From assembly GCF_947568905.1 (NCBI RefSeq), contig NC_079168.1:30938001-31002000 (forward strand): a stretch of 64,000 nt of DNA, in the 5' to 3' direction. Below are positions 11,382 through 23,500 of this stretch, piece after piece (position 1 is the first letter of the stretch; each line of letters starts with the position of its first letter). This DNA is from Ostrea edulis. Its lineage: Eukaryota. Below the pieces are notes generated by a model. That model was not told the origin of the DNA. It saw only the letters and a program-made list of their open reading frames with translations, and did not search any database. The position numbers and the translations under genes were made by a program.

Positions 11382-14348
11382 TCATTCTTCTTGGACTGGT
11401 TCAGGCAGGAAGCCCTTTCGTCCCCTTATTCTAAGAGCCAGCTGCATGTCCTTCGGCAGTATGGTTACTCTTTTCCCATGGAGAGCACACAAATTTGTGT
11501 CTGCAAAAACGCTAACTATGAAATCTTCGCATGCTTCCTGGAAAGTGTAAATAGAAAACATTAAGTACTAGCAAAGTTTTGAAATAGGAAAACGAGGTAA
11601 TTAAAATACCCCCATGCGGGACACATTTGCAGAACTGTAGCTCTCTGAAATATATTGGGATATCTGACCTGTACTGGTCAGTATTTTTTTCAGAGAGCTA
11701 CAGTTCTGCAGCTAGGGCACATTTGGACTGCGTGGTTCATATCAAAGTGCTGAATTTCACGATTTTTGATAATTGAATATTTTTCATTTTTGATGGTAAA
11801 CATTAAAAGTATGACTCATTTCATATTGACAGCCAAATTTTGACCTTCTGAATGCAAGAATAAAAGCAATATTTTAGCCTTAAATCTGTGTTATGTAAAC
11901 AAAAACAGGAGTCTTTTTATGTATACAAACAAACCAGTGAAATATCAATTTTGTAATATAAAGCATCTTAATTTTGCATACTCACAAATTTGAACTTTTA
12001 GATGACACATTTTCTCCCAAAAATGCTTGAAATGTGAAAGATAACAAACATAGATCGATATCCATTTCTTTAAAAAAAATTCGTAAACAATAACATACCG
12101 CAATCTTTGTTTACAAAACAAATAACAAACTCTCTAAAATGAGCTTCTGTGATAATGTATAGCCTTGATTTTTATGTGAACTCTTTTAAACATATTAGAC
12201 AGTAGATTTTGATCATTAAAAGTGAAAAAGAAAATTTTAGGGAAAATCGTGAATCAGTCATTTTAAATGATTGAATTAGCATTTAATCATTAATTCAACA
12301 CTGAGAAGATAACGACTTAATTTGACGAGAATTACATATTTTTCTCCACGTGACTTTGAAAGTGTTGAATTTATCTTGGTGGCATGTATTGAATAATGAT
12401 ACTACATACAACGTTATGCAGTGAAGGCAACCTTTGCACCCAGAGAGTATGTTTGCTTCTAAAATATAACCGTTACAACATCTTTAAACATATGTGAATA
12501 GCAACCTTTAATAACAGCGTCCATATTATTCTCTTAGAGAAGTCGAGAGGCATAGCCTTCATCTGCCTCTCGACTTCTCTAAAGAGAATACGTCCATATT
12601 ACTTCAAGTTCATTCGCAAGAAATAACAAATTGCATACCACTGTCAATAACTCTTATTCATGTATGTGACTTTTCCGACGTGACCTTGTATATTATTTAA
12701 ATGACTTTGATCTGGGATCAGGACATAAGTCACATAACATTATGCCATACGAATCCAAGAATGCAATATATCTTTTCAAGGGACCTTGTCTAAATGACCT
12801 TGGGCAAGGGTCAGGACACACTATCATTTCATCAACAACCTCTGTGCCCAGTACAAACATCTTTCTTTAAAAAGTACTCAGAGACTTTACAGAATAAATA
12901 ATTAAAAACCAATAAATCTTGTAGAGCTGTCTAAAATCAATCTGTAATACCAAAATTCGGAGTGCTATGACCAAGTCTTAGGGAAGTTAGGTCCTGAGCT
13001 TTTGAGCACAACTGCGCAGGATGCTGTACAACTAAGTATAAATTTACTGGTACGGTGCTGATTCCATTGGTGCAGACACATTATACATCTATTACTAAAC
13101 CCTATACTTTCCAGTTGAAATTTTGTGTGTCAATTCAAATGAAAGGGTTTGCTACGGACTATATTTTGTGGAGGAAGGATTGATTAATCAAAAAGTTCTA
13201 AATCTGCATGATTTGACAGTTTCTGTTTCATCCAATTGTAGTAATTAGGGCTAAACGGACCGTGGATATCGGCTTGGATAGCTCAGTGGTTAGAGCACCT
13301 GACTAGTAATGCAGGGGTCCCGGTCCAGCCAAAGATTTTCTCCTCAATTATATCTTCTATTTTAAACTCCTATGTTTTATAATGTATGATACAAGTAGTT
13401 GAGACTTGGAACTAGTTCAAATGTTGAAATTTATCAATTTGGTTGATATATTTTTCCAAACAGAACACATTATCTTAAAAAAAAATTTAAATTAGTATAA
13501 AAATTCAGTATCTTCGCCAATAATAAATTTGATCTCCAACCCCCACTTTGTTTTGTTCCATTTTAAATTTCAAGACAAGACCTTGAAAATTATGTGAAAT
13601 TTTAGAAATTGACATTAATCCCAATATGTCCTTTTAAACTCTCAAATTGATATCATGATTTTTTTCGTATATCAAGTGCAAACAGGTCATTATCTATTTC
13701 CATTACCTATTAAACTTTTTTTTTTTTTAAATTTCTGTAGTGTTAGAAGACATATTTATGTATCTATTTCATGAAATAGTTGAGTTGTGTTGTGTTGACA
13801 TCAACATTTTAAAAATTAATTGAATAAATTTTAAGTGCAAAAAGGTAATGTTTAGAACACTGCAGCTGCACACCCCCCCCCCCTTTTTTTAATCTCCTAA
13901 TTCTCCTTCAATGTAGAGATAAAAAATACATTTCCTTAAAAAATGACAGTACTCCAAATCTACGCCTGTGTTACTCTTGTATGATAATCTCCCCTGCTTA
14001 GATTAAAAAAAAAAAAATGGAAAAAAAAAATGTTAGGCCTACCTGTAAAGCATGAAGTGCTTGAGTTTGAAATTTAATTCCTTTAAAATTCGAATCTGTC
14101 AGAGATCTAACAATCCTTTGAAAAGAAAGTTTTGGTATAAGCAAGCTTGTTGTTCGTTGGTATCTTCGAATATCCAAGAGAACACCCAAGCTTGGTTTCC
14201 AGGGATGAGGTTTTTTAATCCCTCCAGTTATCTTTGACTGACGTTGGAGATTATGTAGCGACTTGTATGTCCTGGAAATGTTATGAACGACATTCTCCGT
14301 AGATGTCAGAGAGGTCGATTTTTTCGGTACCCGCTTAATGCGAGCCAT
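11382..14348 (-). CDS. Divergent histone H3 variant, 2 coding exons (14043-14348 and 11382-11537), 153 aa
   Basis: Exon 1: [12 protein letters not shown]...[62 protein letters not shown], then CAG|GTAGGC donor. Acceptor tttccAG, then exon 2: [51 protein letters not shown]. The phase-0 join gives a complete H3 histone fold. Confidence 0.92.
11630..11712. mobile_element. Small TIR element (TAGCTGCAGAACTGTAGCTCTCTG family); related copies at about 45152-45230 and about 42290
   Basis: gcagaactgtagctctctgaaa ... tttcagagagctacagttctgc inverted arms; the same TIR recurs at the other loci. Confidence 0.7.
12527..12590. mobile_element. 64-bp hairpin insertion with 9-bp TSD, in the H3 variant intron
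   Basis: CGTCCATAT at 12518-12526 and 12591-12599 flanks tattctcttagagaagtcgagaggca...tgcctctcgacttctctaaagagaata. Confidence 0.85.
13271..13330 (+). mobile_element. tRNA-derived SINE head or truncated tRNA(Thr)-like fragment
   Basis: TAGCTCAGTGGTTAGAGC A-box/D-arm and anticodon stem-loop CCTGA-CTAGTAA-TGCAGG (AGT). The T-arm/B-box is missing. Confidence 0.6.
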
Positions 14349-14485
14349 CGACAATCGTCTGCAAAATGTAAACAAAAAGTAGGAACTCTCTTGTATGGGA
14401 GGGCAATTTATAATCACTTCCGTGATAAACAAACCCCAGGCGGCATGTATTCACCGTATTGCAACTGAATTTTGTCTGTTTAAGA
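14349..14485. promoter_or_regulatory. Putative bidirectional promoter between the H3 variant and MOCS3
   Basis: Only 137 bp between divergent ATGs (14348 minus, 14486 plus). ETS-type ACTTCCG at 14416-14422; no clear TATA. Confidence 0.7.
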
Positions 14486-14563
14486 ATGGAAAAGGAAATA
14501 GAAGCATTGAAGTTACAACTCCAACTTAAAGAGAAAGAGAACAGGAGATTAAAAGAACTCCTG
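14486..14563 (+). CDS. MOCS3: MOCS3 exon 1 (coiled-coil N-terminus)
   Basis: [26 protein letters not shown], then GT donor, phase 0. Confidence 0.8.
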
Positions 14564-17500
14564 GTATAGATTTCAATGTTAACGATTGTGATTCTCCACA
14601 TTGTACATACGTCAATAGAGAAAATTCGAATTAAAAAAAAAGCTGTGAGAGAATGCGATTTAGCATTTATTGTGTATATCATTGTGTACAATTTTGTGTC
14701 ATATTCTAACAATAATTCGTTATTCTATCTTGTTATAAAACGCTTTTTTTCTTTGTTTCAAGGGGAAAACCACTTGTCAATCTAATTTTATTATTAAAAT
14801 CATATCAAATCATGCATGCTTTCCTTTGACTAAAGAAAAAAATTCAAGTGTTATTTGTGTCTCAAAGTATTCAGACAAAACTCTTCTATTTCCTCAAAAT
14901 ATGAGCATTGTTTTAATATAATTTTCAAGAATTAGTAATACATCATATTAATGATTGACAAAATGATAAGATGTTTTTTCAGTTGGTGAAATCAATGACA
15001 CAATTTTTTAATGTACAACATTTGATACTAACATGTTGCAGGTGGTCGGAAACTGGCTATCTAGAATACCAGAATTAAAAAAGATAAAATCTTGATGTAT
15101 AAATGTATTTGATTTATTTATCAATGGTCAGAATGATGTAGCAATCGAACATATAAAAGTTAACTTATATTTACCATGTCTTCATAACATTGTGCATTGT
15201 TAACACATTATTGAATATTTTTATAGAAAATTCCAGATCCTGACACTTGCATATCTCATGAAAGACCAGAATTAAGAACATGTCTGACGAATGCAGAAAT
15301 TGGTAGATACAGCAGGCAGTTAATCTTACCTGAGATTGGAGTTCAAGGTACGTCAGCACAAGATATAAGAATTTTGTCCTTCAGCTGTAGTGAGGATAAG
15401 TGTCCCAAGACCTAACCAGATTATTTGAACAAGTAGGACATGTGCATTCAAGTCTCAAGAGGAGTGTGTACAGTGAAACCTGTCTAATCCGACATGCACT
15501 GGAAAACAATTGTTTTGTCGAAATACACAGTGTGTTGAAATAAACAGTGTAAAACAATGTAGCAGGTTGGGCATTTGTATTGTCTGTACTTCATGTTGTG
15601 TTTTGTTTTATTTCATTTCATAGTGGTGACTTCGAAACGACTCAACTACACTATGATTAGAAACTTGAAAATAAACTCACTAGAAATGAAAATAAGATTA
15701 ACAACACATTATGAATTTATTACCAGTATAAATATGACAAATACACACTCCTAAACCCTTGAACTTAGCCTACAAACTATCAAGAAATTCTCCTAACCCA
15801 AAGGTAATATAGTAATTTAGTAAGTAAAAAGGGTATAAGGTCAAAGTGGACAAACAAGCCATGATTCCAGTATAGGAAGATTGGAAGGAGAAGTGAAGCT
15901 AGCAAGGCCAGCTGTCTCGCTCCGACGAATTGTTTGCTGCATGGCTCTATATAGTAACTTGGTCAATAGAAACTGTCATCAAAGTTATTGGCTAAATACA
16001 ATGGGTGTATGATTTACATTGAGATCAAAATTCAGAAATAAATTGATTGATTGTATATTGTTTAACGTTCTTCTTGAGAATTTTTTATGCATATGGAGAC
16101 ATCACCATTGCTGGTGAAGGGCTTCAAGATTTAGGCCTTTGAGCAGGATGGGATCTTTATCGTGCCACACCTGCTGTGACATGGAGCCTCGGTTTTTGTG
16201 GTCTCATCCAAGGGACCGCTCCATTTAGTTGCCTCTTATGACAAGCAAAGGGTACTGAGGACCTATTGTAACCCGGGTCCCCGCAGGAATCGGACGTAAA
16301 TTTAAAGTAAATGTTAAACCGAAACTACGATAAAACAATGAAAATATAAAATTGAGAGTGAAGATAAAAGTTGAAATGTTCATTGAAAATGGATTGTACA
16401 GACCTGTGTGGAATTGGGCATTTTCTTAACCAGAAAGCTTTGAGTTTCATCCCTATTATTTTGAATTTTCAGTTTGTAAGAAATAGCTGAATTGGGCTTT
16501 TTTCACTGTATATTGAATATATAAAAAAAAATCTAAAAAATTTCTTCATCAAAGATTCCTCAAAGAATAAGATTTGTAAGGGGGATTTTTTAAATCTAAT
16601 TTCTTTAATACAGAGCAGTTGAAATTGCTGGTACCTCTGTGCTGGGAGATTTTTTAATCTAATCTCTTTAATACAGGGCAGTTGAAGTTGGCTGGTACCT
16701 CTGTGCTGGTGGTCGGTGCCGGGGGCTTGGGCTGTCCTGCTGGGATTTACCTCGCAGCAGCTGGAGTGGGTGTGTAAAAATGAATTTACTTTGTATCACT
16801 TACTAAGATACCGTATAAGTAGAATTTTTATCGAGACACAAATTTAGCGATTTTCCATCAAAATGGGTTTACATACATTTAGCGAGAGCTAATTCTAGCG
16901 ACTTTATAATTCAAAGGAAAATAACTATTACCTATGATGTTGAATAAATTGCTAGCAATATTCAATTTTAATGATCTCAACACCCTCACTGATAACACTC
17001 AAATTAAAACCTTACTAAAAAGTCTGCTTATACAGTATCACTGTATGATATTCAATTTCATTTGCTTAGCAATCCTCAATGATTGTGTTTCTGTTTTCTT
17101 ATTTAAAATGAATATGAATTCCCTTGTTTTTGATTATCAGTAATTGAAAAAGTGATACAGTAAAACACAGTTACAGTGAACATGCTTATAAATATAATGA
17201 ATTCATGCTTACAGTGAAGTGATCTTCTTGGTAGTTTAAAACATTTGATGAACTTATTGGATAGAACAAATTGTGTTTACAATGAATCTTGTTCATTCCC
17301 AGCAACCCACTATTAGCGTGTTTTACTGTTTACATATCTAGAAGATTTCATGATATGAACATTTCTCACAAATCATTTTCTGTTAAATGTTTTCGCTTTA
17401 TCAGTTCTATCAATCTAGTATCAACTAGTTACTACAGTAGTTTCTCTCATTCTCTTTTCCATCGTCACAAACTACAGTTTTGAGTCAACACACACTCATT

Positions 17501-20500
17501 TAACAGTCCACCTGTATATCAGTTAACGGTTCATCTATATATTTAAGTTAGTTAACAGTTCATCTGTATGTCAGTTGACAGTTCATCTGTATTTTAATCT
17601 ACAGTTCATCTGTATTTTAATCAACTGTTCATCTTTTTATTAGTTAACAGTTCATCTGTATGTTAGTTAACAGTTCATCTGTATGTTAGTTAACAGTTCA
17701 TCTGTATGTTTTAGTTAACAGTTCATCTATATGTTAGTTAACAGTTCATCTGTATGTTTTAGTTAACAGTTCATCTGTATGTTAGTTAACAGTTCATCTG
17801 TATGTTAGTTAACAGTTCATCTGTATGTTAGTTAACAGTTCATCTGTATGTTAGTTAACAGTTCATCTGTATGTTTTAGTTAACAGTTCATCTATATGTT
17901 AGTTAACAGTTCATCTGTACGTTAGTTAACAGTTCATCTGTACGTTAGTTAACAGTTCATCTGTATGTTAGTTAACAGTTCATCTGTATGTTAGTTAACA
18001 GTTCATCTATATGTTAGTTAACAGTTCATCTGTATGTTTTAGTTAACAGTTCATCTGTATGTTAGTTAACAGTTCATCTGTATGTTAGTTAACAGTTCAT
18101 CTGTATGTTAGTTAACAGTTCATCTGTATGTTTTAGTTAACAGTTCATCTGTATGTTAGTTAACAGTTCATCTGTATGTTAGTTAACAGTTCATCTGTAT
18201 GTTTTAGTTAACAGTTCATCTATATGTTAGTTAACAGTTCATCTGTATGTTTTAGTTAACAGTTCATCTGTATGTTAGTTAACAGTTCATCTGTATGTTA
18301 GTTAACAGTTCATCTGTATGTTAGTTAACAGTTCATCTGTATGTTAGTTAACAGTTCATCTGTATGTTAGTTAACAGTCATCTGTATGTTAGTTAACAGT
18401 TTATCTGTATGTTTTAGTTAACAGTTTATCTGTATGTTAGTTAACAGTTTATCTGTACGTTAGTTAACAGTTCATCTGTACGTTAGTTAACAGTTTATCT
18501 GTATGTTAGTTAACAGTTCATCTGTATGTTTTAGTTAACAGTTCATCTGTATGTTAGTTAACAGTTCATCTGTCTGTTTTAGTTAACAGTTTATCTGTAC
18601 GTTAGTTAACAGTTCATCTGTACGTTAGTTAACAGTTCATCTATATGTTAGTTAACAGTTCATCTATATGTTAGTTAACAGTTCATCTATATGTTAGTTA
18701 ACAGTTCATCTGTATGTTTTAGTTAACAGTTCATCTATATGTTAGTTAACAGTTCATCTGTACGTTAGTTAACAGTTCATCTGTATGTTAGTTAACAGTT
18801 CATCTGTATGTTAGTTAACAGTTCATCTATATGTTAGTTAACAGTTCATCTATATGTTAGTTAACAGTTCATCTGTATGTTTTAGTTAACAGTTCATCTG
18901 TATGTTAGTTAACAGTTCATCTGTATGTTTTAGTTAACAGTTCATCTGTATGTCAGATCTCTCTGTCTATTTAGTTTGGATTAATTCATTTTCCCTGAAA
19001 TTTTAGAAACTTAATTTGAAAATTTATAGTATCTGATGAATGGGTTCAGCATTTTATGAGGTAGTTCAGAACAAAATTAGCTGTGGATCTTAAGGATTTT
19101 CCATGTAGTTTTGATTAACACTTTTGAAGATATAGATCTTACACTTTGAAGCATAATGAGATTGGACATTATAGGTGGTGGATTCAAAAACAGTGGGCAT
19201 GGAACTTCACAACATTTTAATATTAAGTTAAAAACATTTTTCACAATTATATACTTACTATGGTGTATAGAGATTCAGAATTCCAAGTGGCATATCTGCG
19301 ACAGTGGTGTGTGTGTGTGTGAATCTTCATAAATATATACAGATTAGGCTCATTGTTTTTCAAATGAGAGGGGGGGGGGGTAAAGCTGATTCTGTGTGCT
19401 TGCATGTATTGATATGGTATGGATTCATTATTTTGTTGGCTGATTTAAGAGGAACGGAGTCTGCTACAACTGAGGGTGATGTAAATTCACCATCACATAT
19501 TTGTCTTTTATTTTTAAGGAAGAATTGGAATCGTAGACTATGATGAGGTGGAGCTGTCAAATTTACATCGTCAGATTCTTCACTCGGAGGGGAAAGTGGG
19601 CATGGCTAAATCTTCCTCAGCAGCTTCAGCATGTACTCAGTAAGTGTTGTACTATTCTCAACAGAAAAAATTGAGGCATTTCTTGAACTAGTAACACTAG
19701 TTTTGAACACCGTATAAAAGTATCTCAAAAGGACATTCCAAGAGTTATTGCCCTTAGAACACTGTTGTTGACCATGAATTCAGGAAAAATAGTTTTTAGA
19801 TATCTTTTAATTTAATATGTACAAATCAAGAAAATAATTTTATTGTTATACCGTACAAGCAGAATTTTTAGCGAGGGATTGATTTTGGAATTATGAGCGA
19901 GAGTGTTGAGATCGTTAAAATTGAATATTGCTAACAATTTATTCCATATCAGAGGTAAATATTTATCTCTCCTGAAATTATAGAATCGCTAAAATTAGCT
20001 TCACAGTCTGCTAAATATATATACCCATTTATATTAAGAATCGCTAAATTTGTGTCTCGCTAAAAATTGCACTTGTACGGTATAAGATTTGTTGGATTTG
20101 CATGCTGACGATGGTGTCTGTATATGTACATGTTATCTGTACTTGTCTTTAATGACAAATAAAACTCATCATCAGCGATAATTAGGTGTGGGATATACTT
20201 TTGTGATAACGGATCTCTACTTAATTCTGTTATACATCAGCAAAGTTTTCAGAAATTTATTATTTCACGGTGGTCATCACACAGCTGCAGGCAAATCTCT
20301 CATAGATAGTGGCCGACCATTTGTCTGACTTTGGTGTGTTTTAACAGACCTTGATTGAAAATTTTGTTTTCAAGGTCACTTTGAACCCCTCACCACCACC
20401 CATCTGACATAAACTAATCACAAGTTTTACTGATATATTCAATTGTCTGCTGCTTGTGTTGAACATCCTTTGCTTTACATGTCAGACATTAATCCAATAT

Positions 20501-23500
20501 TGCAATGTGTACAGCATGTTACGTAGAAGGCTCATTTAAATCACTACAGAAAAAAACTGTCCTGTCTGACATCAACTACTAACCCAGCCTACAATGAACT
20601 TCACAAAACACTTAGGTTTCCATATATAGGCTATAAGCCGACATGTATGTTGCATGTTTTGGAAGTCATTGATTGTAGTTTCTTGGTTTTTTTTGCAGGC
20701 TCAATTCCCTTGTGCAATGTGTGCCCTACCGCATACAGCTTGACAGCTCTAATGCTCTGCAGATCATTAAGCTGTATCCTTGTACATGTGACAGACCTAG
20801 CTGCCTGCAGGATATAGGGATTGGCAAAATTTTTGTCATTTAACATGTCAAACATATTACATGTACATAGGTCTGCAGAGTGTGCGTGAAATGCATTAGT
20901 GCATATGCTGCACACTTGTTCAACAAAGGAAACATGCATTATCCATCATATGTCTATTGCGGAGTATTAGACACAATCTGGAGTGTAACAAATATCTTAT
21001 TGTATCAAAAGTCTGTTTCAATCCAATTTCAATGTATCCATGATCCAAATATTTATAAATAAGACTTGTATTTAGTACGAGTAAATGAATTAAAAGATTT
21101 CATGCAGATCTTGCCATATTGAAAAGGGTATTATCTGTTAGCATTTATATGATTTAACCATTGTCTTACATTCGTTAAGCATTTAGTTCATGCAAATTCA
21201 CATGTAGAATGTATAGTTTCATCAAATTTGAACAAAACTATCTAGTTTTACCATGATGACTGTGCAGTATGATACTGTAGTTTTATTGAGATCATTTAAT
21301 TAAGATGAATCTGTATCCTCCATTATTAGTCCTTGACGATGTGAAGATATGACATTGTTTTGGATGCCAGCGATAACGTGGCCACACGGTACCTGCTGAA
21401 CGATGCCTGCATACTGTCTCAGAAACCGCTGGTGTCGGGTAGTGCCCTCCGATTTGAAGGACAGGTATATGAAGGGTGTCAGTGTCCTGTAAATAGGTGG
21501 GAGTCGAGATTTAAAGATGTTGCCAACGGTTTAAGATTTTATTGAGAAGGGGATTTACTGAACCATGGCAACTGATACAGAAAGAAAACGTGAAGTTTAA
21601 GTTCTCCAATCCCTCCAGAATTTGTATTTGTAATGGAGTTAAGTTCTCCGATATCTCCAGAATTTGTATTTGTAATGGAGTCCTCCGATATCTCCAGAAT
21701 TCGTATTTGTAATGGAGTCCTCCGATCTCTCCAGAATTTGCATTTGTAATGGAGTTCTCCAATCTCTCCAGAATTCACATTTGTAATGGTAGAAGAAAAC
21801 ACAAATACACTGCAATTCTAAGAGATAATCTTGATGGATGAGTATTACAGTATTTCTGTGACATTACAACCGACTCTAGAAAATAAAGGCCGGTGAAAAA
21901 CTAGGGTGCTGATGACGTCTGTTATCCCTCCATCCCCTTAGATCCACCATTTAGATGTTTTCATTTTCCACCATTTAGATGTTTTCATTTTCCATCATTT
22001 AGATGTTGTCATTTTCATTGTTCATATATTTAATATATAGAGAATTGAAGTCTTCATGATGTAAAAATTGCAATGATTTGGGGGGGAAAATGAATAGATG
22101 AAGATGGACAACCATATTGACCGGTCAATATCACCAAATGAATTTTTCTTAGTTAATATACTAGGTCATACTAACATTTACAGATGTCATTATGAGGTGT
22201 CTTAGAATAGCATTAATTTACATTACACATTTCCTGCGTCACTGTGCCCTTCGTAGATCAATCTATCGAGGGAATTGATTATCCTGTTTTATAGAGCGTT
22301 CATTGTCGGGTCAGTGTTTAGAAATTCTGTGTCGTATAGCTGTATGGTATACGGAGTGAATTTGATGGACGAGTATGCTCTCTGTCACATTTCTTACTGA
22401 TACTGTAAAACCGGGCGTGTCATTTGAAGGTGTACCGATATATCCAAAATAGAAGCCACAGTGAGATCGATATATAGACTAATACACAAGTTATATGCAA
22501 GTTTTACATCCAAGATGTTTAAAAAGGATATTTTTGTCATTGAGGTTAAGCACATATATCGATTCCTTTATCAATTTCTTGTACAGTACAACAGCTCATC
22601 ATTTGTCAGCCTGCAATACCAGAGAAATAAGTACAAGAGAGTGAGATAGGGCTTGTTTTTTACTGCGTGTTTATAAGTATAAGAGAGTGAGATAGGACTT
22701 GTTTTTTACTGCGTGTTTATAAGTATAAGAGAGTGAGATAGGACTTGTTTTTTACTGCGTGTTTATAAGTATAAGAGAGTGAGAAAGGACTTGTTTTTTA
22801 CTGCGTGTTTATAAGTATAAGAGAGTGAGATAGAGCTTGTTTTTTACTGCGTGTTTATAAGTATAAGAGAGTGAGAAAGGACTTGTTTTTTACTGCGTGT
22901 TTATAAGTATAAGAGAGTGAGAAAGGACTTGTTTTTTACTGCGTGTTTATAAGTATAAGAGAGTGAGATAGGACTTGTTTTTTACTGCGTGTTTATAAGT
23001 ATAAGAGAGTGAGAAAGGACTTGTTTTTTACTGCGTGTTTATAAGTATAAGAGAGTGAGATAGAGCTTGTTTTTTACTGCGTGTTTATAAGTATAAGAGA
23101 GTGAGAAAGGACTTGTTTTTTACTGCGTGTTTATAAGTATAAGAGAGTGAGATAGAGCTTGTTTTTTACTGTGTGTTTATAAGTATAAGAGAGTGAGATA
23201 GAGCTTGTTTTTTACTGCGTGTTTATAAGTATAAGAGAGTGAGAAAGGACTTGTTTCTTACTGCGTGTTTATAAGTATAAGAGAGTGAGAAAGGACTTGT
23301 TTTTTACTGCGTGTTTATAAGTATAAGAGAGTGAGATAGGACTTGTTTTTTACTGCGTGTTTATAAGTATAAGAGAGTGAGATAGGACTTGTTTTTTACT
23401 GCGTGTTTATAAGTATAAGAGAGTGAGAAAGGACTTGTTTTTACTGCGTGTTTATAAGTATAAGAGAGTGAGATAGAGCTTGTTTTTTACTGCGTGTTTA

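Noticed and set aside
13271-13330. Functional tRNA-Thr gene
   Set aside because: T-arm/B-box and a proper acceptor stem are missing; better explained as a SINE remnant.
11382-14348. Calling the H3-like gene CENP-A
   Set aside because: Q68, F84 and T107 are retained, loop 1 has canonical length, and the tail still aligns to H3 (K4, K9, GGxKKPH).
13998-14432. 144-aa ORF as the H3 protein
   Set aside because: The first 28 codons precede the homologous Met, and VGLTFFF... is read-through into the intron; the true C-terminus is exon 11382-11537.
17520-18952. CRISPR-like appearance of the regular arrays (also 22630-23868, 31176-33925, 57385-58350)
   Set aside because: Head-to-tail tandem units without unique spacers, no cas genes, eukaryotic context.
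21313-21320. GTATCCTC as an additional U12 donor
   Set aside because: Imperfect motif lying between the intron body and the branch point, with no upstream exon to serve.
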